From a virus (taxonomy: Duplodnaviria; Caudoviricetes): a stretch of DNA of 24,147 nucleotides. Location of the stretch: positions 1-24,147 of IMG/VR virus record IMGVR_UViG_3300036794_000004; one strand, given 5' to 3'. How positions within the stretch are numbered: position 1 is the stretch's first letter; each line of letters opens with the position of its first letter. Shown here in pieces: positions 1-7,998 of the stretch. The notes under the pieces are model-generated. The model made no database searches. It had not been told where the DNA came from and was given only the letters and a program-made list of their open reading frames with translations. A program made the position numbers and the translations under genes.

Positions 1-345
1 ACTAAGAGCGGTTTAAGTGCTCTTGCTCTTGAAAAGGCTGAGGACTTGCATAAGAAGTTTGCTGAGGGTACTGCTACTCAGGCTGACTTCGAGGAAGTTA
101 TGAATACTGTTGTTCATGGCGGACTTGTTGATTATGGTGAAAAGGGTAGTAGTCAGCAGAAGGAATTTGCTGAGATTGATACCTCCACAGCTGAGGGTGT
201 TGCGAATATGCGTAAGCTCTTTGCTGAGAAGGTTGCAGAGATTCAGACTGAGGACAAGCTCCCATACCGTGAAGCAATCAACGTTGCTGCTCAGAAGTAT
301 CCTGATCTTGCCGAGGCTTATATCAACGCTCGTATGGTAGCGTAG
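1..345 (+). CDS. C-terminal part of capsid scaffold / maturation protease-scaffold protein (5'-truncated)
   Basis: Frame is open from base 1 (TKSGLSALALEKAEDLHKKF...), so the TTG at 46 is probably not the true start. Charged helical sequence ending ...LPYREAINVAAQKYPDLAEAY is typical of scaffold C-termini, and it lies directly upstream of the cement and capsid genes. Confidence 0.7.
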   Translation, partial: TKSGLSALALEKAEDLHKKFAEGTATQADFEEVMNTVVHGGLVDYGEKGSSQQKEFAEIDTSTAEGVANMRKLFAEKVAEIQTEDKLPYREAINVAAQKYPDLAEAYINARMVA

Positions 346-361
346 GAGGTGAGACTAACAA

Positions 362-757
362 ATGGCTAGTGGTAACTTTGTATTAGATAAGGGTTTCACT
401 CCTGCTGCTCCTATTGCGAGGTATCGTGCAGTTAAGTTAACTGGCAATCCTCAGGAAGTTACGCAGGTTGCAGCCTCTACTGATATAGTTCTTGGAGTTG
501 CTCAGTTTGCTGTTATGGCTTCTGAGATTCCACGTGGTAAGCAGGCTAGTGTTAGACTTATTGGTATTACTCCTTGGGAGTGCAGCGAAGTTATTACCGT
601 TGGTCAGCAGGTTGAATGTGATGCTGATGGACGTTGTTCTGTAGCTGATGAAGCCACCAATCCTGCCGGTCTTTGTGTGGGAGATACTTCTACCGCAGCC
701 GGTGATAGAGTTACTGTCCTGCTTTATAACAACGGTTCTAAGGCCGTTACTTCTTAG
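362..757 (+). CDS. Capsid cement/decoration protein (DUF2190-like)
   Basis: 131 aa with pattern 'IARYRAVKL...VLGVA...ASVRLIGI...ITVGQQVECDADGR...G...AAGDRVTVLL'. Strong AGGAGGTG RBS, and located between scaffold and major capsid protein. Confidence 0.8.
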   Translation: MASGNFVLDKGFTPAAPIARYRAVKLTGNPQEVTQVAASTDIVLGVAQFAVMASEIPRGKQASVRLIGITPWECSEVITVGQQVECDADGRCSVADEATNPAGLCVGDTSTAAGDRVTVLLYNNGSKAVTS

Positions 758-778
758 GAAAGGTGGTGAATCCAACTA

Positions 779-1831
779 ATGTATGATCCTGGTCAACTTT
801 ATATTGATCCCATCTTAACGGGATTTTCTGTAGGCTACCAGCCGCAGGACTTATATGGAGAGATTATTGCTCCAGTAACTCCTGTTCTTACCCAGTCTGG
901 ACGTTATCGTGTGTTTGATCGTTCTAACTGGAAGATTTTCGAGTCGCAGCGTGCCCCTGGTACTGTTGCTAACGAAATTCAGGGCGGTAAGTGGTCTGAG
1001 GATCTTTTTGATACTCAGGAGCACTCACTACAGAGTCCAGTTCTTGATGAAGAAAGGCAGCAGTTATTATCTCAGGGTGGTCTTGCTGATCCGGTCTTTG
1101 GTGGAGCGTTACAGCTTGATCCTGAACAGGATGCTACTGAGTTAGTTACTCGTAGCCTTTTGTTAGAGCATGAGTTAAAGACTGCTAAGTTAGCTCGTAA
1201 TGCTCTTAACTATGCCTCGGGTTTCACTATCGACCTAAGTAGCCCTGCCCACAGTCAGTGGGATGACTATACGTATGGTACGGCTGGTATCCCTTCTACA
1301 GTTGTATCCGATCCGGTGACGATTATCCGCAATGGTATAATTGCCATTTGGGTTGCAACGCGTCGTTATCCTAACGTGCTTGCTATTCCGCATATGGGAT
1401 TAGGTTTCATTGAAAACCATCCTCGTATTGTGGATAGGTTCAAGACGTTCTCCTTATTACAGGAGAACGCTTTCCAGCTTCTTACTGGTTTCCAGGGTAG
1501 AATCGTTCTTACAGATTCATCCTTTAACCAGTCGCATGATATTGAGGAAGCTGAGAGTATGGCATCGTTCTGGGGCAAGGACGTCTGGCTTGGTATTAGT
1601 GATCCTACACCGAGTCTAAATACTAAGACGTTTGCTAAGACGTTTGCTCAGAAGTATCCTGATGGTTCTATTCGCCCGACTGAGCGTTGGCGTGAGGAAG
1701 ATCGCAAGGCTGATATCATTCGTACTAGCTACAAGTACGATCTTAAGGTTGTCAGCAATGTTGCGGGCTATCTCATCAAGAACGCATTTTCTTCTGGTGC
1801 TTGGGCTGATACGTCTATCTCTATCCCGTAA
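779..1831 (+). CDS. Major capsid protein (HK97 fold, Mu/lambda E-like group)
   Basis: 350 aa with 'DPILTGFSVGY...IAPVTPV...GRYRVF...RAPGTVANEI', 'SQWDDY..SDPV', 'RYPNVLAI' and 'AGYLIKNA' motifs. AAGGTGGTG RBS and expected synteny. Confidence 0.9.
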   Translation: MYDPGQLYIDPILTGFSVGYQPQDLYGEIIAPVTPVLTQSGRYRVFDRSNWKIFESQRAPGTVANEIQGGKWSEDLFDTQEHSLQSPVLDEERQQLLSQGGLADPVFGGALQLDPEQDATELVTRSLLLEHELKTAKLARNALNYASGFTIDLSSPAHSQWDDYTYGTAGIPSTVVSDPVTIIRNGIIAIWVATRRYPNVLAIPHMGLGFIENHPRIVDRFKTFSLLQENAFQLLTGFQGRIVLTDSSFNQSHDIEEAESMASFWGKDVWLGISDPTPSLNTKTFAKTFAQKYPDGSIRPTERWREEDRKADIIRTSYKYDLKVVSNVAGYLIKNAFSSGAWADTSISIP

Positions 1832-2019
1832 TGGCTGAGAAAGTTAAATATATTTCTAAGCACGCTTTTCCTGAAAGAAAGATTGCTCCTGGTGATGAGG
1901 TAACTCCTATGAGTTTGGCGTTATCTCCTGCTGAGTTCAATTACTTCATTCGGAAAGGCTCAATAGAAGTAGTACGGGGTGAGCATGAAACGCCAGTCTA
2001 TGACCACCATTATTTGTAG
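1831..2019 (+). CDS. Small hypothetical protein downstream of capsid gene
   Basis: TAATG coupling to capsid stop. 62 aa with 'PGDEV...L...GSIE' pattern common in small post-capsid ORFs. Confidence 0.6.
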   Translation: MAEKVKYISKHAFPERKIAPGDEVTPMSLALSPAEFNYFIRKGSIEVVRGEHETPVYDHHYL

Positions 2020-2031
2020 GAGGTGAAATAA

Positions 2032-2343
2032 GTGTCTGCTGCTCTTGCTTTAACTAATATTGGTACAGATGCACAAACGGGCGAATTAACTGCTGAGATT
2101 GGTGTTTCTCCAGTTATCAGTGGTACTGGTTGGGCATTAACTCATGCTATCACCATTACTATTTCCAGTCCTGAAGAAGGTGAGCGTGTTCAGGAGAATC
2201 TGGTATCGGATGGTGCTGGTGCATGGTCGTCTGCTAACGCGTCTGGATTTGTTTGGACTCCCGAAGTAGATGGAGTATGGACTGTTACTGTAACTGATGG
2301 TACAAGTACCCTAGTCGATAAGATTAGGATTTTCGCCCCATAG
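2032..2343 (+). CDS. Small Ig-like beta-sandwich virion protein (putative head decoration or fibre anchor)
   Basis: AGGAGGTG RBS and GTG start. All-beta pattern 'ITITISSPE...SDGAGAW...WTPEVDGVWTVTVTDG'. Confidence 0.6.
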   Translation: MSAALALTNIGTDAQTGELTAEIGVSPVISGTGWALTHAITITISSPEEGERVQENLVSDGAGAWSSANASGFVWTPEVDGVWTVTVTDGTSTLVDKIRIFAP

Positions 2344-2347
2344 CGAA

Positions 2348-2396
2348 GTGACTGTGTGGTTAGCTAGGTACTCTCTCCTAGCTAACCACATATCAC
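2348..2396. promoter_or_regulatory. Intergenic hairpin 1 (terminator, attenuator or processing element)
   Basis: Perfect 14-bp stem TGTGGTTAGCTAGG (2355-2368) / CCTAGCTAACCACA (2377-2390), extendable to 2348/2396, with loop TACTCTCT. There is no U-tract. Confidence 0.75.
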
Positions 2397-2405
2397 ATAA
2401 GGAGC

Positions 2406-2798
2406 ATGATGGATTACCCAAACGGATTTTATAGAGGAAGGCTAGCCTGCGACGGCCAGGGTAATCTATTGGCCGATGAAGGTGAGTATGCAGGCTATCC
2501 AGTAGCGTTTCACGATGGTTCATATGTTTTTGTACAACCTGGTGAGCCTTCACACAACGATCGTCACCACAAGCAATTTACTGAGCCGATTACAGGTACT
2601 GTGGATGAATCAATGACTGATGACCCAGATTTAGTTAATGCTGATTCAACTACGAACGCCCATCACTTTGAAACTCAGCCTGACGATCCTCATTATGATG
2701 AAGAAGCTTCCAATAAAACAAGGGTTAAACAAAATCCTGATTCCCTGTCACGTTATATGACAGGCCACACCGAGTCTTGGAAGCGTGGTAACGAATAA
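2406..2798 (+). CDS. Hypothetical acidic, His-rich protein
   Basis: 130 aa ORF with AAGGAG RBS. Its stop overlaps the next start (TAATG). Confidence 0.7.
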   Translation: MMDYPNGFYRGRLACDGQGNLLADEGEYAGYPVAFHDGSYVFVQPGEPSHNDRHHKQFTEPITGTVDESMTDDPDLVNADSTTNAHHFETQPDDPHYDEEASNKTRVKQNPDSLSRYMTGHTESWKRGNE

Positions 2799-3415
2799 TG
2801 GGTGGCTTCGCGTTAGAGCCAAGTGGAATATTTAGACCGAAGTTAATCATACCTTCGAGTCCTATTATTCCTACCCCTCAGATTGAGGAACTGTTTGATA
2901 CACTAGATAGAAAGATCAAGGATGCTATTGGTGCTTTGATCAATAAGCCTATTAGGGAACGCATCGCTGTTTTGATGAGCGGTTCCTTAACGAACTACGC
3001 ATCTAAGTCACTAGCCGATCTCCTATTCGGTAAGACGGCATATGCGGGTGAGACTACTATCTATGCAGGATTGTGGGCAGCTGCGATTGACGATACATTC
3101 AACGGCGCCACAGCTAGTGAAGCTGCATACGGTAGTTATGCGCGTATGACGTTGACGAATAATACTACGAACTTTGCTGCTGGTACGGGAACAGCAGCTT
3201 ATACTAAAACATTTCCGAGCGATGCTGTTCATTCGTGGGCAACGTCTACAGCTACAGGAACTAATAATACTGAAACGTTCCTCGGATTCCTTAACGGAAA
3301 CGCTGGTACATCTGCCGATAAGGGTGTTGCTTGGTGTTCAGTTACAAGCACGTTGATTAACTCAGGCGATACTCCTCAGTTAGCTCAGAACGCTGTTACG
3401 GCGGTGACTGATTAA
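2798..3415 (+). CDS. Putative fibre subunit (small phage fibre-protein family) with N-terminal extension
   Basis: From Met60 (2975) it reads 'SGSLTNYASKSLADLLFGKTAY..ETTIYAGLW...SEAAYGSYARMTL...FP...INSGDTPQLAQNAVTAVTD', which matches a widespread ~140-aa structural phage family (recognised from memory). TAATG coupling at both ends. Confidence 0.65.
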   Translation: MGGFALEPSGIFRPKLIIPSSPIIPTPQIEELFDTLDRKIKDAIGALINKPIRERIAVLMSGSLTNYASKSLADLLFGKTAYAGETTIYAGLWAAAIDDTFNGATASEAAYGSYARMTLTNNTTNFAAGTGTAAYTKTFPSDAVHSWATSTATGTNNTETFLGFLNGNAGTSADKGVAWCSVTSTLINSGDTPQLAQNAVTAVTD

Positions 3416-3675
3416 TGGTTCCATATCTCATATTAGGTGATCTTACTGTACGAGTTGATGGTTCTTATACCTCAGATGCTAGACAATACATAGTAAGAAT
3501 GTTTGTTGCTGATGGAGAAGTCTACGATGAGGAATTTGATATCGCATCTGATAGTGATTTGGATACTACCGTAATGGCACGTATGGCTGCACTTCAAACC
3601 ACTCCCGATCCGTCAATACAAGTAGATGCGGTACAACCTGCTACCGATCCCGGACACGCTGTGGTGATTTCCTAA
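3415..3675 (+). CDS. Hypothetical acidic protein
   Basis: 86 aa with TAATG overlaps at both ends. Confidence 0.65.
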   Translation: MVPYLILGDLTVRVDGSYTSDARQYIVRMFVADGEVYDEEFDIASDSDLDTTVMARMAALQTTPDPSIQVDAVQPATDPGHAVVIS

Positions 3676-4418
3676 TGGATCTACAGATGATGAAAAAACG
3701 AGCTACTCTCTTTGATGCGCATATCAAAGAAGGTGGCCTTGATTTCAGCGATATCAAGAAACTTTGTGAGATCGAATCTCATAGATGGAAGTTTAAGCAG
3801 GAAATGCTTAGACGAGCTGGTGTTCCTTGTGCATCCTTCTTAACCAGTACCAACGTCGAACTCATATATGCTTCTGTTGGTCCTGGTACTGCTAAAAACA
3901 CGTTCACAACGGAAGTACAAATAAATGATACTGCCGGAATGGGTGTTCAGGCACATCTTCCCGCAGATTTCTGGCTTCCTAGCAAGGGTGATATTGGTAG
4001 AGGTATTCATGTAACTGCTAGAGGTATTCTTTCTTCAACAGCTACTCCTACTTATACCTTTGCAACTAGGACAGGAGCTGCGGGTAGTACAACTACTGCA
4101 AACATTCTTGGAAGCGCCGCGCTTACAACTGGTTCAGGTGTATCAAATCAGTTGTTTGATTTTGAAGGCGATGTTATTATGGAAACTATTGGTGCTGCTG
4201 GTACCAACTCTACTGTTAGAGGTATGGGTACGCTCACTAGTGGTGGTTTAGCATCTCCATTCCTTTATCCTATTGGTGGTGGAGCTGCATCTCCTTGGAC
4301 AGTAGCAACAGTTGATACGTCTATTACGAATTTTATTAACTTCAATGTTGCGTGCTCGGCCTCATCTTCTTCAAATACTATTACCCTCCAAATGTTGATG
4401 GTATTTGGTCTAAACTAA
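3675..4418 (+). CDS. Putative virion structural beta-sandwich protein with charged N-terminal extension
   Basis: A ~52-aa charged helical leader is followed by a G/S/T/A-rich beta domain ending 'INFNVACSASSSSNTITLQMLMVFGLN'. Confidence 0.65.
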   Translation: MDLQMMKKRATLFDAHIKEGGLDFSDIKKLCEIESHRWKFKQEMLRRAGVPCASFLTSTNVELIYASVGPGTAKNTFTTEVQINDTAGMGVQAHLPADFWLPSKGDIGRGIHVTARGILSSTATPTYTFATRTGAAGSTTTANILGSAALTTGSGVSNQLFDFEGDVIMETIGAAGTNSTVRGMGTLTSGGLASPFLYPIGGGAASPWTVATVDTSITNFINFNVACSASSSSNTITLQMLMVFGLN

Positions 4419-4421
4419 AAT

Positions 4422-6050
4422 ATGGCTTCTGAACTCCAATCCGCATCAATTAATCTAGGCTCTCCGGCCTCTACTGTCGCGCAAGCGTTTACAACTCAAA
4501 ACTGTACTGTAGGATCAACTCTGTGGTGTGTAGCTTATTGGAATTCAGCTACAGCTACTTGTACAGTTGCTGACAGTGTTAATGGTGCGTGGACACCCGT
4601 TGGTACACCACTAACGGGTGTTGGTATTCTCTCCTCGTTTAGAAGCCAAATGTTTATGTTTGTGGGAAATATATCTGCTGGAAAACCGACTGTTACTGCT
4701 ACTGTTTCAACAGCAAATGGGTTAGGTTTGGCAATTGGTGAGTATAGTGGTGGATCACTTGAAACTTCTGCCTACTTAAATGTGAACGGTAGTCCTATCG
4801 TCGGTGCTGCTGCTACTCCTGCTAATACGGGAGATTTTGCTGTTGCGTATATAATTACAGGTAACTCTGCTTCGTCTGTTGCATCACCTTATACTCTCCG
4901 TGAACTCGCAAATTTCGGAGACAATGGAACTGCTGATAATATGGCACCTACTATAGGTGTGTCTACAGGTCCAACCTGGACTATTAGTACTACTACTGAT
5001 AACATGACCGGGATAGTAATTATTACTCCCGGTGCTCAGACAGTAAGTACTGCACTCAGACGCATATCTAACCCGTTTGTTAGTTCTAGAGCACTAAGAC
5101 AAAAATTAAAGCGTGGATGGACTAGACGGGGTGGTAATTCAAATCCAACAGCACCCGGAGCGACTGATGCAATAATTCCAGCTCAAATAACTGCTGGCTC
5201 TACTATAAGTGGTGCTATAGTTGTGGGTAGAGGAATAGTTGGTGGTAGTATTACCGCCGGATCTACCATGAGTGGTGCTTTAGTAGCTACTAGGGCCATA
5301 AAGCCCGCAAACATTACAGCCGGTTCTACTATGAGTGGTAATATTGGTAGGCTTAGACCAATTACTCCGGGTAGTATTACAGCGGGCTCTACACTTAGTG
5401 GAAAGGTTGCTGCTGCTAGAGCGATTAAACCAGCTCAGATAACCGCAGGAACTACTATAAGTGGTAGTATAGGTAGAGGTAGACCAATTGTACCCGGTAC
5501 AATTACAGCTGGAACTACTTTAAGTGGTGTTATAGGTTTGAAACGTGTTATTGTTCCGGGTACTATAACTGCTGGTACGACATTGAGTGGTTCAATATTT
5601 AAAACTAGCATTAAGAATATAAGTCCCGGAACTATAACTGCTGGATCAACCTTAAGTGGTACTACGATTAGCCTACGCGCTGTTAAACCCGCACAAATAA
5701 CTGCTGGAACTACGCTAAGTGGTAATACAAAGGCGTTAAGAGCTGTAAAGCCAGCAACTATAAACATGGGAGCTACTCTAAGTGGTTCAGTTCATGCACG
5801 AAGGGCTATTAGTACTGGAACGATTAACGCTTCTATTTCTTTTAGTGGCGTTGTTACCAAAAAGATTTTAATAAGGCCTGGTAATATTAATTCTGGAATG
5901 ACTTTTACATTTACCGGAACGTTATCCTCTAAATTACCTGGTTACTGCATGATTGAGATTGTTGATGCCTCTTATTGTAGCATCGACATTCTGAGTTCTA
6001 ATGCAGAACTTGATATTTTAAGTCCTACAGCGACATTGGAGACTTTCTAA
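4422..6050 (+). CDS. Putative fibre protein: N-terminal beta domain, basic linker, 21-aa repeat array
   Basis: 542 aa. A ~205-aa T/S/A/G-rich N-terminal domain is followed by the linker 'RRISNPFVSSRALRQKLKRGWTRRGG', about 12 repeats, and an acidic C-terminal tail. Confidence 0.7.
   Translation: MASELQSASINLGSPASTVAQAFTTQNCTVGSTLWCVAYWNSATATCTVADSVNGAWTPVGTPLTGVGILSSFRSQMFMFVGNISAGKPTVTATVSTANGLGLAIGEYSGGSLETSAYLNVNGSPIVGAAATPANTGDFAVAYIITGNSASSVASPYTLRELANFGDNGTADNMAPTIGVSTGPTWTISTTTDNMTGIVIITPGAQTVSTALRRISNPFVSSRALRQKLKRGWTRRGGNSNPTAPGATDAIIPAQITAGSTISGAIVVGRGIVGGSITAGSTMSGALVATRAIKPANITAGSTMSGNIGRLRPITPGSITAGSTLSGKVAAARAIKPAQITAGTTISGSIGRGRPIVPGTITAGTTLSGVIGLKRVIVPGTITAGTTLSGSIFKTSIKNISPGTITAGSTLSGTTISLRAVKPAQITAGTTLSGNTKALRAVKPATINMGATLSGSVHARRAISTGTINASISFSGVVTKKILIRPGNINSGMTFTFTGTLSSKLPGYCMIEIVDASYCSIDILSSNAELDILSPTATLETF
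5166..5925 (+). repeat. Coding tandem repeat, ~12 degenerate units of ~63 nt (21 aa)
   Basis: Consensus R-[AP]-I-x-P-[GA]-x-I-T-A-G-[ST]-T-L-S-G-x5, for example RAIKPANITAGSTMSGNIGRL, RPITPGSITAGSTLSGKVAAA and RAIKPAQITAGTTISGSIGRG. The Ser-Gly pair is encoded AGTGG(T/A/C) in nearly every unit. Confidence 0.9.
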
Positions 6051-6322
6051 TGGCAGAAGTAGGAAGCGAACTTGTGATACGTGCAACCATTAGTGATGTT
6101 AATGGTGTTTTATCCAGTCCGTCAGTAGTTGATGCGTGGGTAAAAGATCCTAGTAATACAGTAACTGCTGTGACAATGGCCGAAACGAGTGATGGTATAT
6201 TTGAAGGATCATTCATACCAACTTCAGACGGTGATTGGTGGGCACGTATTCTCACAAGTGGTGGTGTGACAGTTGCATCTGAAAAGAAATTTAATGTTGC
6301 CAAACAACAGGTGGTTCCGTGA
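6050..6322 (+). CDS. Small Ig-like adaptor protein (putative fibre-to-neck connector)
   Basis: 90 aa with TAATG coupling. Beta-sandwich pattern 'VGSELVIRATISD..G....P..V...VKDPS...SDGIFEG...P...GDWWARI...G...ASEKKFNV'. Directly precedes the head-tail adaptor. Confidence 0.65.
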   Translation: MAEVGSELVIRATISDVNGVLSSPSVVDAWVKDPSNTVTAVTMAETSDGIFEGSFIPTSDGDWWARILTSGGVTVASEKKFNVAKQQVVP

Positions 6323-6759
6323 TGCAAATATCATCTTTGGACGATATTAATACCCATCTACCTAATGAGGTAGTAACTGCTACTGACGAGAATACTGCTG
6401 CTTTGCAAATTAGCGCAGCTCGTTTGATCAGAGCACAACTTAGTAATATTGTAGATCAGGCTACAATGGTTGGCTGGAATACGCCCGATAATACGCCTGA
6501 TATTATTCGTGAAATAGGTGCTATGCTTATAGCTGCACAGCTCTATTTTAATGAAGTAGCTAAGGGCACGATGGTTCTTGAAACTAATAGCTTTGCGCAA
6601 ATCAAATACAATAACGCAATGGCCGCCCTTACATCAATAATTGGTGGTCAAATTACATTGCCTGGTCTAGTCGAAACTGATGCTGATGAGTTTACTGTCA
6701 ATGACTTCTTCCCGGTAGATGCTACAGATAGAGCATTTACGATGGGTCAGCAACTATAG
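6319..6759 (+). CDS. Head-tail adaptor (Mu gp36 / DUF1320-like)
   Basis: 'ISAARLIRAQL...TPDIIREIGAMLIAAQLY...KYNNAMAALTSIIGGQITLPG' pattern and synteny. Confidence 0.75.
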   Translation: MMQISSLDDINTHLPNEVVTATDENTAALQISAARLIRAQLSNIVDQATMVGWNTPDNTPDIIREIGAMLIAAQLYFNEVAKGTMVLETNSFAQIKYNNAMAALTSIIGGQITLPGLVETDADEFTVNDFFPVDATDRAFTMGQQL

Positions 6760-7214
6760 TGTATACAATACTTAAAAGCTTTGGTGACGAAATTCGCGTA
6801 GCTGAAAAGCTACATAAGATGGAAGTTGCCGCTTCTGATACATATGCGCCTTTACTTGTTATTGCGGAAGATATGATGAAAGCGGAAGGTGCTCTATTTG
6901 CTAGTGGTGGTAGACGTGGTGGCGGATCGTGGGCAAGACTAAAGCCTGATACTATTAAGCGCAAAGGTTCTACACGTATTCTCTATGATACAGGTACATT
7001 AGAAAAGTCGTTAACCGTACCAGGCGCAGAATATCAAGTTCTAAATATTGGTAAAGACACACTCGAGTTCGGAACCTCGGACCCTGTGGCGGGTTTACAT
7101 CAACACGGAACGTATAAAATGCCGGCCAGACCAGTTATCAAATTCACCACAGGTGATTCAGCAAGATGGATGAATATAATAGTTGGACATCTAGTAAAGC
7201 CGTTTGCGGAATAA
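6759..7214 (+). CDS. Virion morphogenesis / tail completion protein (Mu gpG / P2 gpS-like)
   Basis: Family motifs 'WARLKPDTIKRKG..RILYDTGTLEKSL', 'LEFGT...AGLHQHG..KMPARPVI'. Confidence 0.85.
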   Translation: MYTILKSFGDEIRVAEKLHKMEVAASDTYAPLLVIAEDMMKAEGALFASGGRRGGGSWARLKPDTIKRKGSTRILYDTGTLEKSLTVPGAEYQVLNIGKDTLEFGTSDPVAGLHQHGTYKMPARPVIKFTTGDSARWMNIIVGHLVKPFAE

Positions 7215-7333
7215 TGTCAATTTGTTGTATGTGGCATCTTTTGACAAAACCGATTAGTTGGGTAGGTCACACCACCTACTGTTCGTGTGGAACACTTCTA
7301 GTTCTTCGTGATAACGTGTGGAAATCTAAATAA
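7214..7333 (+). CDS. 39-aa Cys/His-rich microprotein (not in ORF track)
   Basis: MSICCMWHLLTKPISWVGHTTYCSCGTLLVLRDNVWKSK*. It fills the gap exactly, with TAATG overlaps at both start (7214) and stop (7333). Confidence 0.7.
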   Translation: MSICCMWHLLTKPISWVGHTTYCSCGTLLVLRDNVWKSK

Positions 7334-7998
7334 TGGGTACAATACATTCAGAATGGGGACAGATTGTTTCTGCTGCTACTATAGAAGCGGCAGTTATTAC
7401 TACCTTGCAAACTTGGCTTCCTACAGGATTGCACGAAATGGAATCTCAGCAAAATCTTCCGCCAAATACATTTGATCCACCTGCCCGTTATACTACTCGC
7501 AATGTATTTGATGCTTTACCTGGCGAAGAACTTCCCAAAGTGATTGTTATGTCACCGGGTCTATCTGGACCTCCTATCAAGTATCAGTATGGAATTTATA
7601 GAGCTACTTGGAAACTTGGGGTAGGAATCGTTGTAGCACGTAAAACCGTAGAGGAAGCAAGATTTCATGCTGAATGTATGGGTGCTGCTGCTAGAGCAAT
7701 TCTTATCAAGTTCCCTGATCTTGGCTTAGGTGCCAAGATGCATTGGATGGATGAGAGTTTCGACGATCTAGGTAAAGATCAAACTGCTATTTTTAATTAC
7801 GCAACTGCTAGTGAATACTTTACCGTAGACGTCGAGAACGTTGTAAGTCAATCAGCTAAACCGACTCAACCTGACCTACCTGTTGACGATTACGATTATG
7901 GTGAGGTTGAGACAGTGACAATTGAATTAGAGTTGGAACCTAAGATAACAGGCTGGGGGAGTGGAACTTATGGATCAGGTGGTTATGGAGCGTTTTAA
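7333..7998 (+). CDS. Putative tail terminator / sheath-stop neck protein
   Basis: 221 aa lying between the tail completion gene and sheath, with an alpha/beta pattern 'ELPKVIVMSPG...ATWKLGVGIVV...AAARAILI'. It ends in an unusual GWGSGTYGSGGYG tail. Confidence 0.65.
   Translation: MGTIHSEWGQIVSAATIEAAVITTLQTWLPTGLHEMESQQNLPPNTFDPPARYTTRNVFDALPGEELPKVIVMSPGLSGPPIKYQYGIYRATWKLGVGIVVARKTVEEARFHAECMGAAARAILIKFPDLGLGAKMHWMDESFDDLGKDQTAIFNYATASEYFTVDVENVVSQSAKPTQPDLPVDDYDYGEVETVTIELELEPKITGWGSGTYGSGGYGAF

Noticed and set aside
1623-1648. Perfect 12-nt tandem duplication (CTAAGACGTTTG x2) in the capsid gene
   Set aside because: It is in frame (KTFAKTFA) with only two copies, and there is no evidence of a regulatory role. 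The same applies to the NTPDNTPD near-duplication around 6478-6501.
5435-5767. Minus-strand repetitive 110-aa ORF
   Set aside because: It is the antisense shadow of the coding repeat array and has no independent support.
5166-5925. CRISPR array or DGR template/variable repeat
   Set aside because: Repeats are in frame, degenerate at synonymous positions and have no unique spacers. No adenine-specific repeat pair or reverse transcriptase is visible in the window.
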